The notes under the pieces are model-generated. The model had not been told where the DNA came from and did not search any database. It saw only the letters and a program-made list of their open reading frames with translations. Position numbers and translations under genes: made by a program. A stretch of DNA of 63,042 nt, filler included, from Welwitschia mirabilis (Eukaryota), in NCBI GenBank assembly GCA_051453625.1. It is 6 parts of one record of this genome, joined end to end, with 100 filler letters (N's around TTAATTAATTAA, not from the genome) between each part and the next. Parts side by side here need not be neighbours in the genome. Positions count along the whole stretch, not along the records: positions 1 to 15,292 come from JBOZIK010000001.1; positions 15,393 to 43,398 come from JBOZIK010000001.1; 4 more parts are not named here. One strand, given 5' to 3'. Below, in pieces: positions 13,050-26,542 of this stretch. How positions within the stretch are numbered: the stretch's first letter is position 1; the number at the start of each line of letters is the position of its first letter.

Positions 13050-15292
13050 AAATGGATGATCTAACTTTTTCTTCTATATCTAATTCATATTACATGTCTT
13101 TTTCAATAGCTTCAAATGCTCTGATACTAAACTTTTTATTGCCTATATAACATTTCATCATGTCTGTGTAAGTATCAATGACATAATGGGATGTTGCACA
13201 AAAGGCTCTTTCTAAAAGTAGAGGGTATCCACCATTATGTTCAACATCTATAATAACCACATTTATAGGTAGGAAGCTTTTTTGATTTGAATCACTAAGT
13301 CTTTGATTATTCCTATAGGTTTTTTAGCTGATTCATTAACCAATTCCAACACTACTTTAGTAGGTCTAATTCTCCCTTCTAATCCAAGATTTTTACAAAT
13401 GTGTAAAGGAATAATATTGACACTTGTTCCTATGTTTATTAGAGCTTTCTTGATTTTCTTATTTCCTTTCTAAAATAACACCAATAATGGTTTCCCTTGG
13501 ATCATTAAAATTAGGACATTTCTAAGAAACTAAGTTAAAAAGAGATTGAGCAATGAATACTTTACTTAGAATTACTCTCTTTTATCTTCATTTTACTAAG
13601 TTATTCCAAATTTTGTTGTACTTGGAGTTGTCTTAAAAAATCTTCCAAAAGGGTATATTGATAGTAACATCATTCATAATTGCTTTTAAACATTCATCAT
13701 AAGTTGGATTATTGTTTAATATCACCAGTCAAGAGGTAGTATTCTGCTTAGAATGTTGGTTGTTATTGTTGGATATAGGAAATTTTAGTTAATCAAGAAT
13801 TTCAATATTATCTTCTTGGGGTTTTTCTTTATGGACAGAAGTTAAAGGTTTCTCATGAGTAGTAGTATTATGTCCACTTCTAGTTACTACTTTTCAATCT
13901 TTCATTACATCATTTGGGTTTGAAATAGTTTGAGTGGTAAGTGATCATTGAGGTCCTTTATTTCCTAACATGTTTTATTAAAGGAGGTTAATCAGATTTT
14001 CTAAGTTTTTATTCTGACATTCTGAGATCTCATTAGTGGCATCTTATGTCTTTTTGAGTTTCTCCATCATTTCTCTATAAGAATCATTTTTATTGTAGTT
14101 GAAAAGATTAGGCTGAGAGTTATGATTTTTATATTTGTTATCAAATAAAGGTTGGAAAGATGTTGAAGGTTCATTTTATCTTGATGGATATTATTGGTTT
14201 ATTCCAAAGTTATTTAGTCTTTAATTGAATGCATAAAATATATTGAATATTACCTTTCTACAAGTTGGTAAAGCTGGGCATTCTTTGGTAAAATGGTTAA
14301 GTTGATTTAGCAATTTTTCATTAGTTAAAGCTTTTGTGTAACTCTCTAATGTACTAGTGAGATCACTAAGTAGGGTGTTAACCTTTGATTATTCTTCTTC
14401 ATGTTGCACTTTTTTTGAGTCTCTAAGCATGTTACCTATAGTTCTAGTATCTTTACATGTAGTTTTTAACCAAATTTGACTTCTTTCAATAAGGTATTCT
14501 AATAAGTTCTAAACATTATCTAAGGTTAAACTAAGTAAATCTCCATCACATGAAAAATCTATTATTTGTCTAGTTTGACTATTCAATCCACTATAAAAAT
14601 GATTAATAAGTTCTTATTTTTCAAATTCATTCATCAAATTAAATGACATAGTAATCAAGAATCTTTTATATNNNNNNNNNNNNNNNNNNNNNNNNNNNNN
14701 NNNNNNNNNNNNNNNNNNNNNNNNNNNNNNNNNNNNNNNNNNNNNNNNNNNNNNNNNNNNNNNNNNNNNNNATAGGAAGATCACTAAGTAGGGTGTTAAC
14801 CTTTGATTATTCTTCTTCATGTTGTACTTTTTTTGAGTCTTTAAGCATATCACCTATAGTTCTAGTATCTTTACATGTAGTTTTTAACCAAATTTGACTT
14901 CTTTCAATAAGGTATTCTAATAAGTTATAAACATTGTCTAAGGTTAAACTAAGTAAATCTCCATCACATGAAAAATCTATCATTTGTCTAGTTTGACTAT
15001 TCAATCCACTATAGAAATGATTAATAAGTTCTTATTTTTCAAATTCATTCATCAGATTAAATGACATGGCAATCAAGAATCTTTTATATGTTTAGGAATA
15101 ATCTTCATAAGGGTCTTATTGAAATTTGTTACTTATTTTATTCTTGTACTTATAACTATCTCATTCATGAATCATTTGATAAAGACTTTTTGTACATGAT
15201 TCCATAACTTAAGACTTCTATGTAGAATGGTTTCAAGCCAATTCTTTGCTTTTTCTTTTAAGGTAAATTGAAAGATTATCATGTAGGTCCTA
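13050..15292 (-). pseudogene. gag: Athila-like gag-aspartic protease pseudogene
   Basis: FYSGLNSQTRQMIDFSCDG (cf. ORF 14807-15004) and protease KALINIGTSVNIIP are present, with many stops and frameshifts. Bases 14380-14671 are duplicated across a gap. Confidence 0.85.
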
Positions 15293-15392
15293 NNNNNNNN
15301 NNNNNNNNNNNNNNNNNNNNNNNNNNNNNNNNNNNNTTAATTAATTAANNNNNNNNNNNNNNNNNNNNNNNNNNNNNNNNNNNNNNNNNNNN
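15293..15392. other. Artificial scaffold-joining spacer N44-TTAATTAATTAA-N44
   Basis: Exactly 100 bp; the 12-mer at 15337-15348 places stop codons in all six frames. An identical structure occurs five times. Confidence 0.97.
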
Positions 15393-16246
15393 ATTTTTCA
15401 CTTAGCACATGTTTGGTTGTAAATAGCTTGCTTCTTTCCTTATATTATTTTACATTATTTTCAATAAAAGAAATCTTCACGATTTATCTACACTTATGTA
15501 CTCAAATAACTTAAATTTTTTCACCACAAACTTTAAAGAAAAAGTTCAATTTTAGTTAGAGAGCATAGCATCCAATTTTAATAATAAAACTTTTTAATTT
15601 GATGCTTTAATTACTTAAAATTCATTATAAATTTTTTAATNNNNNNNNNNNNNNNNNNNNNNNNNNNNNNNNNNNNNNNNNNNNNNNNNNNNNNNNNNNN
15701 NNNNNNNNNNNNNNNNNNNNNNNNNNNNNNNNNNNNNNNNNNNNNNNNNNNNNNNNNNNNNNNNNNNNNNNNNNNNNNNNNNNNNNNNNNNNNNNNNNNN
15801 NNNNNNNNNNNNNNNNNNNNNNNNNNNNNNNNNNNNNNNNNNNNNNNNNNNNNNNNNNNNNNNNNNNNNNNNNNNNNNNNNNNNNNNNNNNNNNNNNNNN
15901 NNNNNNNNNNNNNNNNNNNNNNNNNNNNNNNNNNNNNNNNNNNNNNNNNNNNNNNNNNNNNNNNNNNNNNNNNNNNNNNNNNNNNNNNNNNNNNNNNNNN
16001 NNNNNNNNNNNNNNNNNNNNNNNNNNNNNNNNNNNNNNNNNNNNNNNNNNNNNNNNNNNNNNNNNNNNNNNNNNNNNNNNNNNNNNNNNNNNNNNNNNNN
16101 NNNNNNNNNNNNNNNNNNNNNNNNNNNNNNNNNNNNNNNNNNNNNNNNNNNNNNNNNNNNNNNNNNNNNNNNNNNNNNNNNNNNNNNNNNNNNNNNNNNN
16201 NNNNNNNNNNNNNNNNNNNNNNNNNNNNNNNNNNNNNNNNNNNNNN

Positions 16247-16536
16247 TTCTCTACTTTATTTTTGTCTTTTTAGTTTGTATTTAATGAGGCTTGACCTCTC
16301 AGTTTTATATAAAAAAATGTTTAGTTGTTAGTTCTGAATTCACAAATTCATTATTTCTCTCATTTAGTATCAGAGCCAAGGTTACATTATTGAAGCTTCA
16401 ATTATTGAGATGGCATCAAATGGAAATTCAAGCACATTCATCTCTTTGACTACTCTTTATTTAAAGGTTAAAATTATGATTATTAGGTAATCAAGCTGAA
16501 TACATTCTTAAGGTCCCAAAATCTATGGGATTTGAT
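16247..16536 (+). mobile_element. 5' end of a Ty1/copia element: LTR end, tRNA-Met PBS and gag start
   Basis: tagtatcagagcc at 16365-16377 (consensus TGGTATCAGAGC) follows ...ctctca. The ATG at 16410 gives MASNGNSS...G*NYDY*VIKLNTFLRSQNLWDL, a typical copia gag N-terminus. Confidence 0.8.
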
Positions 16537-17699
16537 NNNNNNNNNNNNNNNNNNNNNNNNNNNNNNNNNNNNNNNNNNNNNNNNNNNNNNNNNNNNNNNN
16601 NNNNNNNNNNNNNNNNNNNNNNNNNNNNNNNNNNNNNNNNNNNNNNNNNNNNNNNNNNNNNNNNNNNNNNNNNNNNNNNNNNNNNNNNNNNNNNNNNNNN
16701 NNNNNNNNNNNNNNNNNNNNNNNNNNNNNNNNNNNNNNNNNNNNNNNNNNNNNNNNNNNNNNNNNNNNNNNNNNNNNNNNNNNNNNNNNNNNNNNNNNNN
16801 NNNNNNNNNNNNNNNNNNNNNNNNNNNNNNNNNNNNNNNNNNNNNNNNNNNNNNNNNNNNNNNNNNNNNNNNNNNNNNNNNNNNNNNNNNNNNNNNNNNN
16901 NNNNNNNNNNNNNNNNNNNNNNNNNNNNNNNNNNNNNNNNNNNNNNNNNNNNNNNNNNNNNNNNNNNNNNNNNNNNNNNNNNNNNNNNNNNNNNNNNNNN
17001 NNNNNNNNNNNNNNNNNNNNNNNNNNNNNNNNNNNNNNNNNNNNNNNNNNNNNNNNNNNNNNNNNNNNNNNNNNNNNNNNNNNNNNNNNNNNNNNNNNNN
17101 NNNNNNNNNNNNNNNNNNNNNNNNNNNNNNNNNNNNNNNNNNNNNNNNNNNNNNNNNNNNNNNNNNNNNNNNNNNNNNNNNNNNNNNNNNNNNNNNNNNN
17201 NNNNNNNNNNNNNNNNNNNNNNNNNNNNNNNNNNNNNNNNNNNNNNNNNNNNNNNNNNNNNNNNNNNNNNNNNNNNNNNNNNNNNNNNNNNNNNNNNNNN
17301 NNNNNNNNNNNNNNNNNNNNNNNNNNNNNNNNNNNNNNNNNNNNNNNNNNNNNNNNNNNNNNNNNNNNNNNNNNNNNNNNNNNNNNNNNNNNNNNNNNNN
17401 NNNNNNNCCCTCTTAACTTTATTTAAAGTTAAAGTAGTATAAATCTGAACAAATACCCAATGTTATCACTGAAGAAGAATGATAGCTAAGTAAAAACTTA
17501 GTTTAAATCTGAGATACTATACTATAATAAATAGTTAGTATGGTGTAATTATTTGTTAAATTAATGTTTCTACTTCATGAAATTTTTTAATAAATTAAAA
17601 CTCATCAAGATCAAAAATTATTTCACAAGGGTTTAAGATGAACTTTACAGAAATTTAAAGGTCAAATTCAAAGAAAGAACAGTGGTGCCAATGAGAGAA

Positions 17700-19950
17700 T
17701 GTAACAACACTAGTTTCCTTTGGAAGAATAGTTTGCTAAAAATATAAGACACATAACGTGAATAGAAAGAGAAAATGAAATGATTGATGAAAAAAAATGT
17801 AATGAGGTAAAGGCTATGTATACTAAAAAAATAAAAAAAACTAAAGTGTAGTGTAATTTAAGAAATAATAGAAATTAAAAAAAAAAAATCCTAGATTTTA
17901 AAATGCAATAAAAAAGATGCAAAAATAAAAGTATAAAATTTAAAATACTAAAATGAGAAGAATAATCTTAGAAGAAAATTTTTCTTTAAGGTCTTTAGGA
18001 CCTATAAAAGGAGAGGATTAAGGGTGAAGAATAAAGAAAGAATTAATAGGAAAATAAAATATTCTNNNNNNNNNNNNNNNNNNNNNNNNAAAACTTAATT
18101 AACCTTAACAAAAAATTAATATGGAGCTAAAAGTTTGTGTTAAAGAATAAAAATTATAGTAAAATAAGAGAAAATAAAAAATAAAATAAAAATAAGGAAA
18201 GAACAAATCTAGATTTTACTAGAATAGAAATAGTACTATTTACTAGAAAAGCAAATAAAAAATCATTAAAAAGGGATAGTATAAATAAAGAAAGAAAAGA
18301 AAACTAAAAAAGAAAAAGAAAGAGAAAAGAAAATAAAAAAAGAAAGTCACTAGAAATGGACCAGTATAATTAAAAATTACAATAAAATAAAAATAGCACA
18401 AGAATAGGACCAACATAACTTAAATACAAAAGACGAAGAAAATAAAATAGAGTATAAATGAAAATTTTATATGTGCCCAACTCTAGTTATTGTGCCATTA
18501 TCCTTGGCTATAGTGCTAAAAAGATATTATGAATTACTTTTTGCTACATTTATATCACTATATATGTATTTTAAGATTAAGAAAGATTACCTTAGAGATA
18601 CAAATCTAATGAAGTTAAAAATTAACTTTTACTAACATACTAGAACTTCCACTTGAAGTGTAGCTCGATTCTCATTCTTTCTAAGGGATAATATGCAATA
18701 AGTCAATAGTAAAACTTGTATAAGACTAACTAATGTAAATATCATAGAATTATTAGTTATTAAAAGATAGAAAGAGCATTTTGTAAATCAATATATTAAG
18801 CTAAGAATGAGTCATAGCCATTAGCATCTAGCATGACCATAATAACACTGATAAGAATCCTAACAAAAAAAAAGGGACTTACTTGTAATTATTTCAAAGA
18901 AATCATGTTAAACATTCATTAATATTCAAGCATTGATAATATAATCTCATTCATCATATAAGTGTTAATGAATATTCTAGATTACCTTTAGCTCTTATGG
19001 CCAACTTCATAAGCATGAAAAGTAGAAACTCATTATAAAGAAAATAAAATGCTAGCATCTATGGACTAAGATTAACACATAGAAGATAACTCAGAAACAT
19101 GGATAAGTTTAACATGCTTTAATCCATATCAAGTATTATAAGTATGAAAAATGTGCATACTTAAAATCACAAATAAGGTTGAAGAAATTTCAATATTTAT
19201 TATAATAATTAAAAATGAAAGATCCAATCTAATGTTTCAAATATTATGTTAGTCATAAGAGCTAGCTCATCACTATAAAAAAGAAATTTTAGAAAATAAA
19301 TAATAAAAAAGGTGTATTTTTTAGTGGAACAAGCTGGGATTTTGCAAATAAGTCATGATAGCAACTACGAATGTAATATAATTTAAGTTACAAGTCATTT
19401 ATCTTCAAAAAATTATTTTTAAACTTATTACTAAAGGATAGGATCTTTTCTTGATGACCCCATTGACTTTTCTTAGATTTAAAAGATGAATTATAGATTG
19501 CATATATCAAAAGATGCCTCAAAATGAGATCAAATTACGATTTTATAACCTAAAAATAAGGGTATGATTAGGGTTTTATAAAGTTGTACAAAACACGATC
19601 TCTTCAAATTAGGTCACCAATAGCCTTAATGAACTTAGCATCTATTCATAGTTCTAAATCATTAGAATGAACATCTATCTCCTAAGATAGTGAGTGCTTC
19701 TGATGACTCTTATAGGCATTGTTGGCATTTTGGATAATTTTCCTTTTAACTTTTAGTTCATGCTCTATTAGACTATTAGAAACATGCAAAGTTGAAATAT
19801 ATAGATCAAATGTTAGATTTATATGATTTTAATAGCATAGATCAAGATAAATTCATAATACTATGAAAATTAGAACTTAACCATGCTAAAATGGCCTTAA
19901 TTACTTAGTAAAACATTAAGTTTTATATGTTATTATCTTCTTTATATATC
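17700..19950 (-). mobile_element. Athila-like 5' LTR, PBS and 5' UTR remnant (different LTR family; boundaries approximate)
   Basis: tccttggctatagtgctaaaa at 18501-18521 is a decayed TCCCCGGCAACGGCGCCAAAA. A very A-rich tract (T-rich on the sense strand) lies to its left and LTR-like sequence to its right. Confidence 0.5.
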
Positions 19951-19999
19951 TTATCAACATTAGTTTGATTAATCATCATTTCACATTATAGGATCATAA

Positions 20000-20740
20000 T
20001 GCTTTGGAAGGAAATTAAGGTTTATTCTTATTTTATCATGCTTCATGATATTTTAATGCTTCATAGATGGATAGTTTTCTTTTGATCTTATTGATATCCA
20101 TCTCAATACTCTTATTCTATTCCTTTAGTTTTTTAGCTAGGATTTTAGGGCAATGATCTTCAATGAACACCTCTTATTTTTGATAATATATAAGTTGTAA
20201 AACATGTGAAAGAACTATCTATTTCTATAATTTTCCACTTTGACTTTTACACCTTTGATGACTTGGTACTAAATAAAAAGATGATCTTGCTTTCTTGCTT
20301 CTCATATGTTTTTAATTTACATAAATTATTAGGATGTCCATTTAAATTGCAGCTATTATCTTAACATAAGTTTAATTACCAACACAAGCTAAGAAGAAAA
20401 ATAAATTTATTTCACTTTGTTAATAGTCATAGGCATGTATTATAACTTTTAAAGTTTTATTAATGAACTTCTCTTTTTATTATTACTTCATTGATTAAAT
20501 TCTCTTTCTGTTATCACTTTTATTTTAGCTTAAGATCATGAGCTTCTAAACTTGACATGTCATCTCATTCATTCTTAAGACTGTAAATTTCATCTTTAAA
20601 TTAAGTGATTCATTATATTTGTCTTAACATTATAGAACTTTCAATTTGTAACTTTATATTTGATATTTTTTTAAGTTTATCTTAACGTCCTAGAACTTTC
20701 AACCTTTGGTTCTAATATCATGTTGGAATTTAAGATATNN
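20000..20740 (-). pseudogene. gag: Decayed Ty1/copia gag remnant with Met-PBS
   Basis: gttctaatatca-tgttgg (20709-20726) and gctctaagacca-tgttgg (20845-20862) resemble GCTCTGATACCA-TGTTG. SSLEAHDLKLK near 20525-20560 resembles copia gag SLEAHE. Confidence 0.4.
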
Positions 20741-20899
20741 NNNNNNNNNNNNNNNNNNNNNNNNNNNNNNNNNNNNNNNNNNNNNNNNNNNNNNNNNNNN
20801 NNNNNNNNNNNNNNNNNNNNNNNNNNNNNNNNNNNNNNATATATGCTCTAAGACCATGTTGGAAATAGTTTTTTAAAGAAAGAATGATCTGATCTTATG

Positions 20900-22112
20900 T
20901 TTTAGGATTAAGTGTAGAGGCTTAGATATTATGTTGTAAATTTATCATATTCATAATTAAAGACAAAAATATTAGAAGGTTTCTTTATGAATAATTAAAA
21001 ATAAGAAGTAAGAATTAATCCAGCTCTTAATATAAATCAAATGTTATATCAAATTGAATAAATAACTTAATAATTTTAGAATGAATCATTGTACTAAATA
21101 ATGCTTTTAAAAGACATGTAGATAGTTGATTCATGGATGAATCCTCTATTTAAGTCTTCATATAAGTGTTTTATTACACTTTTTTCTTTCTTGAATCTTA
21201 ACTTAATTGAACATTCTTTTACTAATCAAGAAAAGGAAATGTCTTTTGGACATGAAGTCAAAAATACCATTTCATTTTTCATTATTAAGTTAATAAGTAC
21301 TAAGTAAATTGTATTAACATGTTAATATCTTACTACTATACTTATGACCTTTTGCTCTAATAAAAAGATATTTCTATATTTGACCAAATTTCACATCTCA
21401 TTTACAAACATGCATTGGGAGCATTAACTATGACGAAAATTCTAGAAGTAACTTTTTATAAAAAGTTAGATGTAAATGATGGAGTTTCTTACATGTAAGA
21501 AGATGGAAAATATACTAATAATACCTCCTGTGAATTACTAATTATAATGTCCATGTGTTGTATCTTGAGCTTATATTATATAAACCTAAGTAAAATCTTA
21601 GATTTATTATAATTTTTCTTAATACCTTATACTTCTTGATGAAAATATGTCTCCTTGTAAAACAAAATACTTTATCTAATTTTACTTTATTGATTCTAAT
21701 ACTTCTTCTCTTCATTTTAATCCTATACTTGATCTAAATCATGCTATGAGTTTTATTTATAATGAGACTAATTGTCATCATTATACTTTTAGTTCAAGGT
21801 AAAGTGTAAACCTTCTTAAGTTCTAAAATAAATTCCTCCCCTTAATTGGACCCATTATATAATTCATGTCTTAAGCATGTCCTATCATATTTGAACTAGA
21901 AAGATATTATAGCTAAATTTCCTAATTTCTTTCAATCCTTTATTTATAGAAGATGAAACTTGTGACCTAACTAATTTTAAACATTTATGAAAATTTTATC
22001 TTCTAAAAGGTCCTACATTATGTAATTTTAAAGAAGGTATATGTATCTTCTTATTGAAATCACCCAAGATTTTTATAGGATGTCTGAGAGAGCAGCCTAA
22101 ATTCTGATACTA
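20900..22112 (-). pseudogene. Highly decayed chromovirus-like gypsy gag-pol remnant
   Basis: EKSVIKHLYEDLNRGFIHES near 21128-21187 resembles the RT N-terminal ELL.KGFIRPS. A Met-PBS-like ttctgatacta lies at 22102-22112. Confidence 0.3.
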
Positions 22113-22981
22113 GTGCTAGAGCTAAATAGACTAATGAGAAATGGATGATCAAAAGTTTAAATACATTAAAATTAAAATATCACATTCAACACAATAAATA
22201 CTAAGTTAATATGAATAGAAACTTTTAAGTAAAAAACCTCAAAATCCTATTCCTTTGCATAATAATCACACCTACCACTATAAATATCAATGTTATAAAA
22301 TACTACTGAGAGTGATGTGGAAGTAACCATTTATTTTATATTTAAATATTATTTTAAAATTACACTTGAATAAATACAAAATATAGTAGTTAAATTTTTT
22401 TCTAGTTATCTTCATAAGATTATTACATCATAGACTCTAAAATTCTTTAAGTGAGATTTACTATTTTCTCCCATCTTTAATGATGAAAGTAATAGAGGAT
22501 TCATATTTATTTGCTATTTTAAATCCTATTGTCCTTTATAATATGATTGTAATTAGATTTCAAAGTTCCAAATTGTTAGCTTGCATTATTTAAAATAAAG
22601 GAATTATTGTATTCATTTGTTTTTCTATTATATTATTGCTAATAAGGATATTTATTATTAGTTCTAGCTATCTTTTTTTGTTTTATCTTTTTAGATTACT
22701 ATTCCTTTTCTCTTGCCTTTCTTTCTATCATGTGGTTCATTTGGCTAGCTATCCTTATAATTATTCATCTTTATTGGTTGAATTTATGACATTTTTACAT
22801 TGTTGTAACCATCTATTATGTGAGAGAAAATGGTAAATAAGAGATTTTGCATGGTTCATAACTTTATAGATATTTAAACCCTTATTTTCATTTTTTTAAA
22901 AATAATTTTACCTTTACCTTGATTATAGATGGATTCAAAGTAGTAAATGTTTGTTTTAATGAATTGTAGATGCCTATCTTG

Positions 22982-23109
22982 ATTGCAAATGTTTGGTCTA
23001 AAAAATATTAAAAGCCTAATAGATGTATATAAAACTAAAATATATCTATTACAAATGTTTGGTATAAAAAATATTAAAAACCTAATAGATGTATATAAAA
23101 TTAAAATAT
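22982..23109. repeat. Tandem duplication of a 66-bp unit (about 2 copies)
   Basis: Near-identical units (attRcaaatgtttggt...atagatgtatataaaa) start at 22982 and 23048, with no gap between them. Confidence 0.9.
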
Positions 23110-25199
23110 TGTTATACCAAAAGATAAAGATATTTTTAAGAGAAAGCAATTTGAAATAAGGGATTATAATAATGAAAATAGTGGACATCTTAATTTAATA
23201 GAAGATTCCTTCACATGATATTGTAACAAGTTAACAACAACTAGTAAGTACTAAAGTTATTCTATTAATTAAAAAAATTGAGATCTATAAACTAATAAAT
23301 AGTCAACCATAGCTTACATAATAATACCAATTGACTAAGCTATAGTGGGATAAAAATCTTTACCTTGATTTACCTCATTAGGATTAGTCCAATTTCCATC
23401 TCTTTGCAGAGCTTATTAANNNNNNNNNNAGGTTTTATTTTTGTTAAGATGTTTTTTAATCATTCTTTCATTTTCATACATTCTAATTTTATAATTCAAC
23501 TTTACATATGATTTCTTAAGAAGTTTTGTTAAATATCAATGTATTTCATTTTGGACTACTATATTAAATTATTTAACATATTAATAATAATCTTATTATT
23601 TCATAGCATGGGAATTACATCTAATATAATACCAAAAGAATCTAGAATCTATATCATTAAAAGGGATGAGGCATAATGCTTAATGATATCATCATAAATT
23701 TCTCTAATTAACTATGTAATGCATTATTAGAATAAGCATCAAAGCAATTATATTTTCTTGAGATTATAAAAATAAGGAGTAAAGTAATATTTACTATAAT
23801 AATGATGAAAAATGAATTTTTATAAGGTTAGAATGATTTTTTTAAAATTTATTTGAAGATTATTAATAATTAATAATCTTATAATAAGGACTATTAACTT
23901 AGGAAGTTATATAAGCTTATCACATTTTTAAAAGCATGCAACATTTATTAACGATTGACAAAAATAATAAAGAGATTAGTTTAAATTTATCAACATGGTG
24001 TGATAATTAAAATCTAAACAACCATTAATAGTCATTTATAACTTGATAATAAGGCACCAATTTGATATATTGGAGATAAGGCTAAATCTAAATCAGGAAA
24101 GCATGAAAATATCATGATGTAAGATCCACATGATGAACGTTTCAAAGGATCAACATCTTTACAATAGGAATTCAATTGCAAATGATAATGTAGGGTAATA
24201 AGTAAGGAGGGATCAATGATTATCTATTAATTAATTGATAAAATTATATTAAGATAAACTATTAACTATTAATAAATATTAAAATAAAAATTAGTTGGAA
24301 GTTTTTACAATGTGATAATATCAAATTCATGATTAACTCAAGAAATCATGAACATATCAATGGTCAATAGGAATTTCAACTATTATCAATGAATGGTTGA
24401 TCAAAATTGAAGCTTTAGCACATCTTATTAATAATATATCTCAAAAGTGATAACAAATTACAAGGAAATAATAAGTATTTAAAGGAAAAAATCAGCATTA
24501 AATTAGTATATACTCAAAATTATATCTCCTCATATATTAGTAGCTATAAAGACCATTGTAATCCTTTTCCAAATTCCCTCACAACTTAAGTATAAATGCA
24601 ACCTCTCTTCATTTGAAAAGTTGTCTAAAGTGGTAAATTCTATTAAAAATTTGATTCAATTATTGTTGCACTATTGTTTTTAATAATAGAGGATTAGTTT
24701 CATATCTTATTTTATGGCATATTCAATTTAGCTTTACAATGTGTAATTCATTTGATGCTTACATGTTGAAAGTCTGTTAGAATTATTCTGAATAAGTTAT
24801 TTAATTTAGTTTCTTTAATTTTGTACTTTCATTGTAGTTTTTGTATTCTTTTTTATAATAAAATTGAGTTCCAACATTTTAGTTAAATGTTAAATTTTAT
24901 TTAAATCCAAATAACATAATCTTATTTAGTATTTTTTTTTATTTTCATATTAGCTTTATATACATATAATTAGTTTAATGTGTGAAATTATTTTAATGCA
25001 AATTGATTTCTTTTTTTATTATGTGATATGTGATCCATTCAAGTATTGATGAGGAATCCATTTGCATGCTACTCTAAGAGAGTTATTAAGAGGATAACAT
25101 ACTATTAGCATTATCAAATTGATATTGTTTATCTTTCTTTATATAGATGTAAGTTAAAACCAAATGTTCTTTTTATTTTTTATTTTTCATAATAAAGTT

Positions 25200-25384
25200 T
25201 CATTGCAAATTAAATTATCTTATTTATTACATAGAAAAAATTAATTAGATTTACGTAATTACTTAATCCTAATTTTTATTATCTTGAGTCCACATTCAAA
25301 AGATTCCTATGATATGATAAGACTGATTGTAATTATGTTAGTTACTTCTCACCACCCATCATATTTTAGCACTATTGCTAAAGA
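25200..25384 (+). promoter_or_regulatory. End of an Athila-like 5' LTR (...ccatca at 25361) followed by a decayed tRNA-Asp PBS
   Basis: ttagcactattgctaaaga (25366-25384) matches TTGGCGCCGTTGCCGGGGA with only G>A/C>T differences. T-rich UTR-like sequence follows. Confidence 0.6.
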
Positions 25385-25829
25385 AGCATCAGCGATTTTA
25401 AATCTTAGAGTAGGTTGACAATCTTTTCTTTTAAAATGTTGAATTTTACTATTGAAATTTTATCTAAATAAATTAGTAGTTTATTTCTTTCATGTTTTTT
25501 TTCTTACATGCATCTTTCATTTCAAATAGTTCTAACGCAATAAGTTTTTACTAATACAATAAAGACTTGTAGCACAATAAGTTTTTAGTAATAAAGTAAA
25601 GAATTGTATTTAAATAATAATATCTTAATAAACAAAGAATATACTAATTAGATAAACTTATTGGATTCCATAAGATAAAAAGTATTTCTATTTAGTTTTT
25701 AGTTAACTATTTGGATTAAATCTTTGAACCTTGGAAAATCTAAACATGATAGTTGTTTAACATTTTCTTTCCATTTTTTATATTTATATTAAATGATTTT
25801 TCATTAAAAACCACTTTGTAATTTTATAT

Positions 25830-26542
25830 TAAACCATAAGGGACATCTAAAAAACTAAATGCATAAATGAAAACAAAGTTTTATGTTAAAAGGAACTAAC
25901 ATATGGGTTACAAAATAGTCGAGTTTCAATGAAGGATGCACAACCCTCCCCCAAGGAAATGTTTTTCTATAACTTTTGAGATGGATCTTTTATTCTTCGA
26001 TCTCCTATTACAAAAAGTTATGGTGCATCAAAGATAGAGAGAAGAGTCAAAGAAGATCTTATTTATAGGGTTACAAAATTAACTGACATACAAAAGGTAC
26101 TGCTAAATGTGCTCCATTACAGAAAAGAAATGGATTAAATAGAAAAAAATTAGCTGGTGGTTATAACTATCATCCAGATGATCATGGGAATAATATCCTT
26201 TTATAAAACATGACTCAACAGTGCCAGCTTATCATTCATATTAGCATTCAGTATAGCATGAATAGTATCATTATCTTGGCTGTCATGGGGATAACAGAGG
26301 GGATGATAATCTTCTTTATCATCTAAGTGAGGAGAAACTAGCTTTTTTTATTAGTAATATTCATCCAAATCTAGTTATATTAGAATGTGCCTTAAATGCC
26401 TCAAATATTGCTAAGAATTAAAGATTTTTGAGATCTTTCATTGATTCTCAAAAATCCTTAGAATTGCATCTAAACCTATGTAAATGTCTTACAAAATAGC
26501 TTATAAAACCCCATCAAATACACACAAATTAGTAGTGCATCA
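25830..26542 (-). repeat. 3' LTR of element C (distal part missing)
   Basis: It aligns with 32960-33752 (for example gggttacaaaatagt, aacttttgagatggatc, atctaagtgag). Its last part is repeated after the gap at 26666-26799. Confidence 0.75.

Larger units (their letters stand above)
8803..15292 (-). mobile_element. Element B: Athila-like gag+protease element without RT/RH/INT; 5' part cut by the scaffold end
   Basis: It has a 3' LTR at 8803-10149, a PPT-like agccactcacttagc at 10151-10165, the conserved block at 11631-11796, protease at about 13130-13500 and gag at about 13560-15292. Confidence 0.75.

Noticed and set aside
15337-15348. TTAATTAATTAA as a biological palindrome or piggyBac TTAA site
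   Set aside because: It is always centred in exactly 44+44 N and is a synthetic all-frame stop linker.
17676-17692. Second PBS-like word (aacagtggtgccaat)
   Set aside because: The match is short and no convincing LTR terminus is adjacent.
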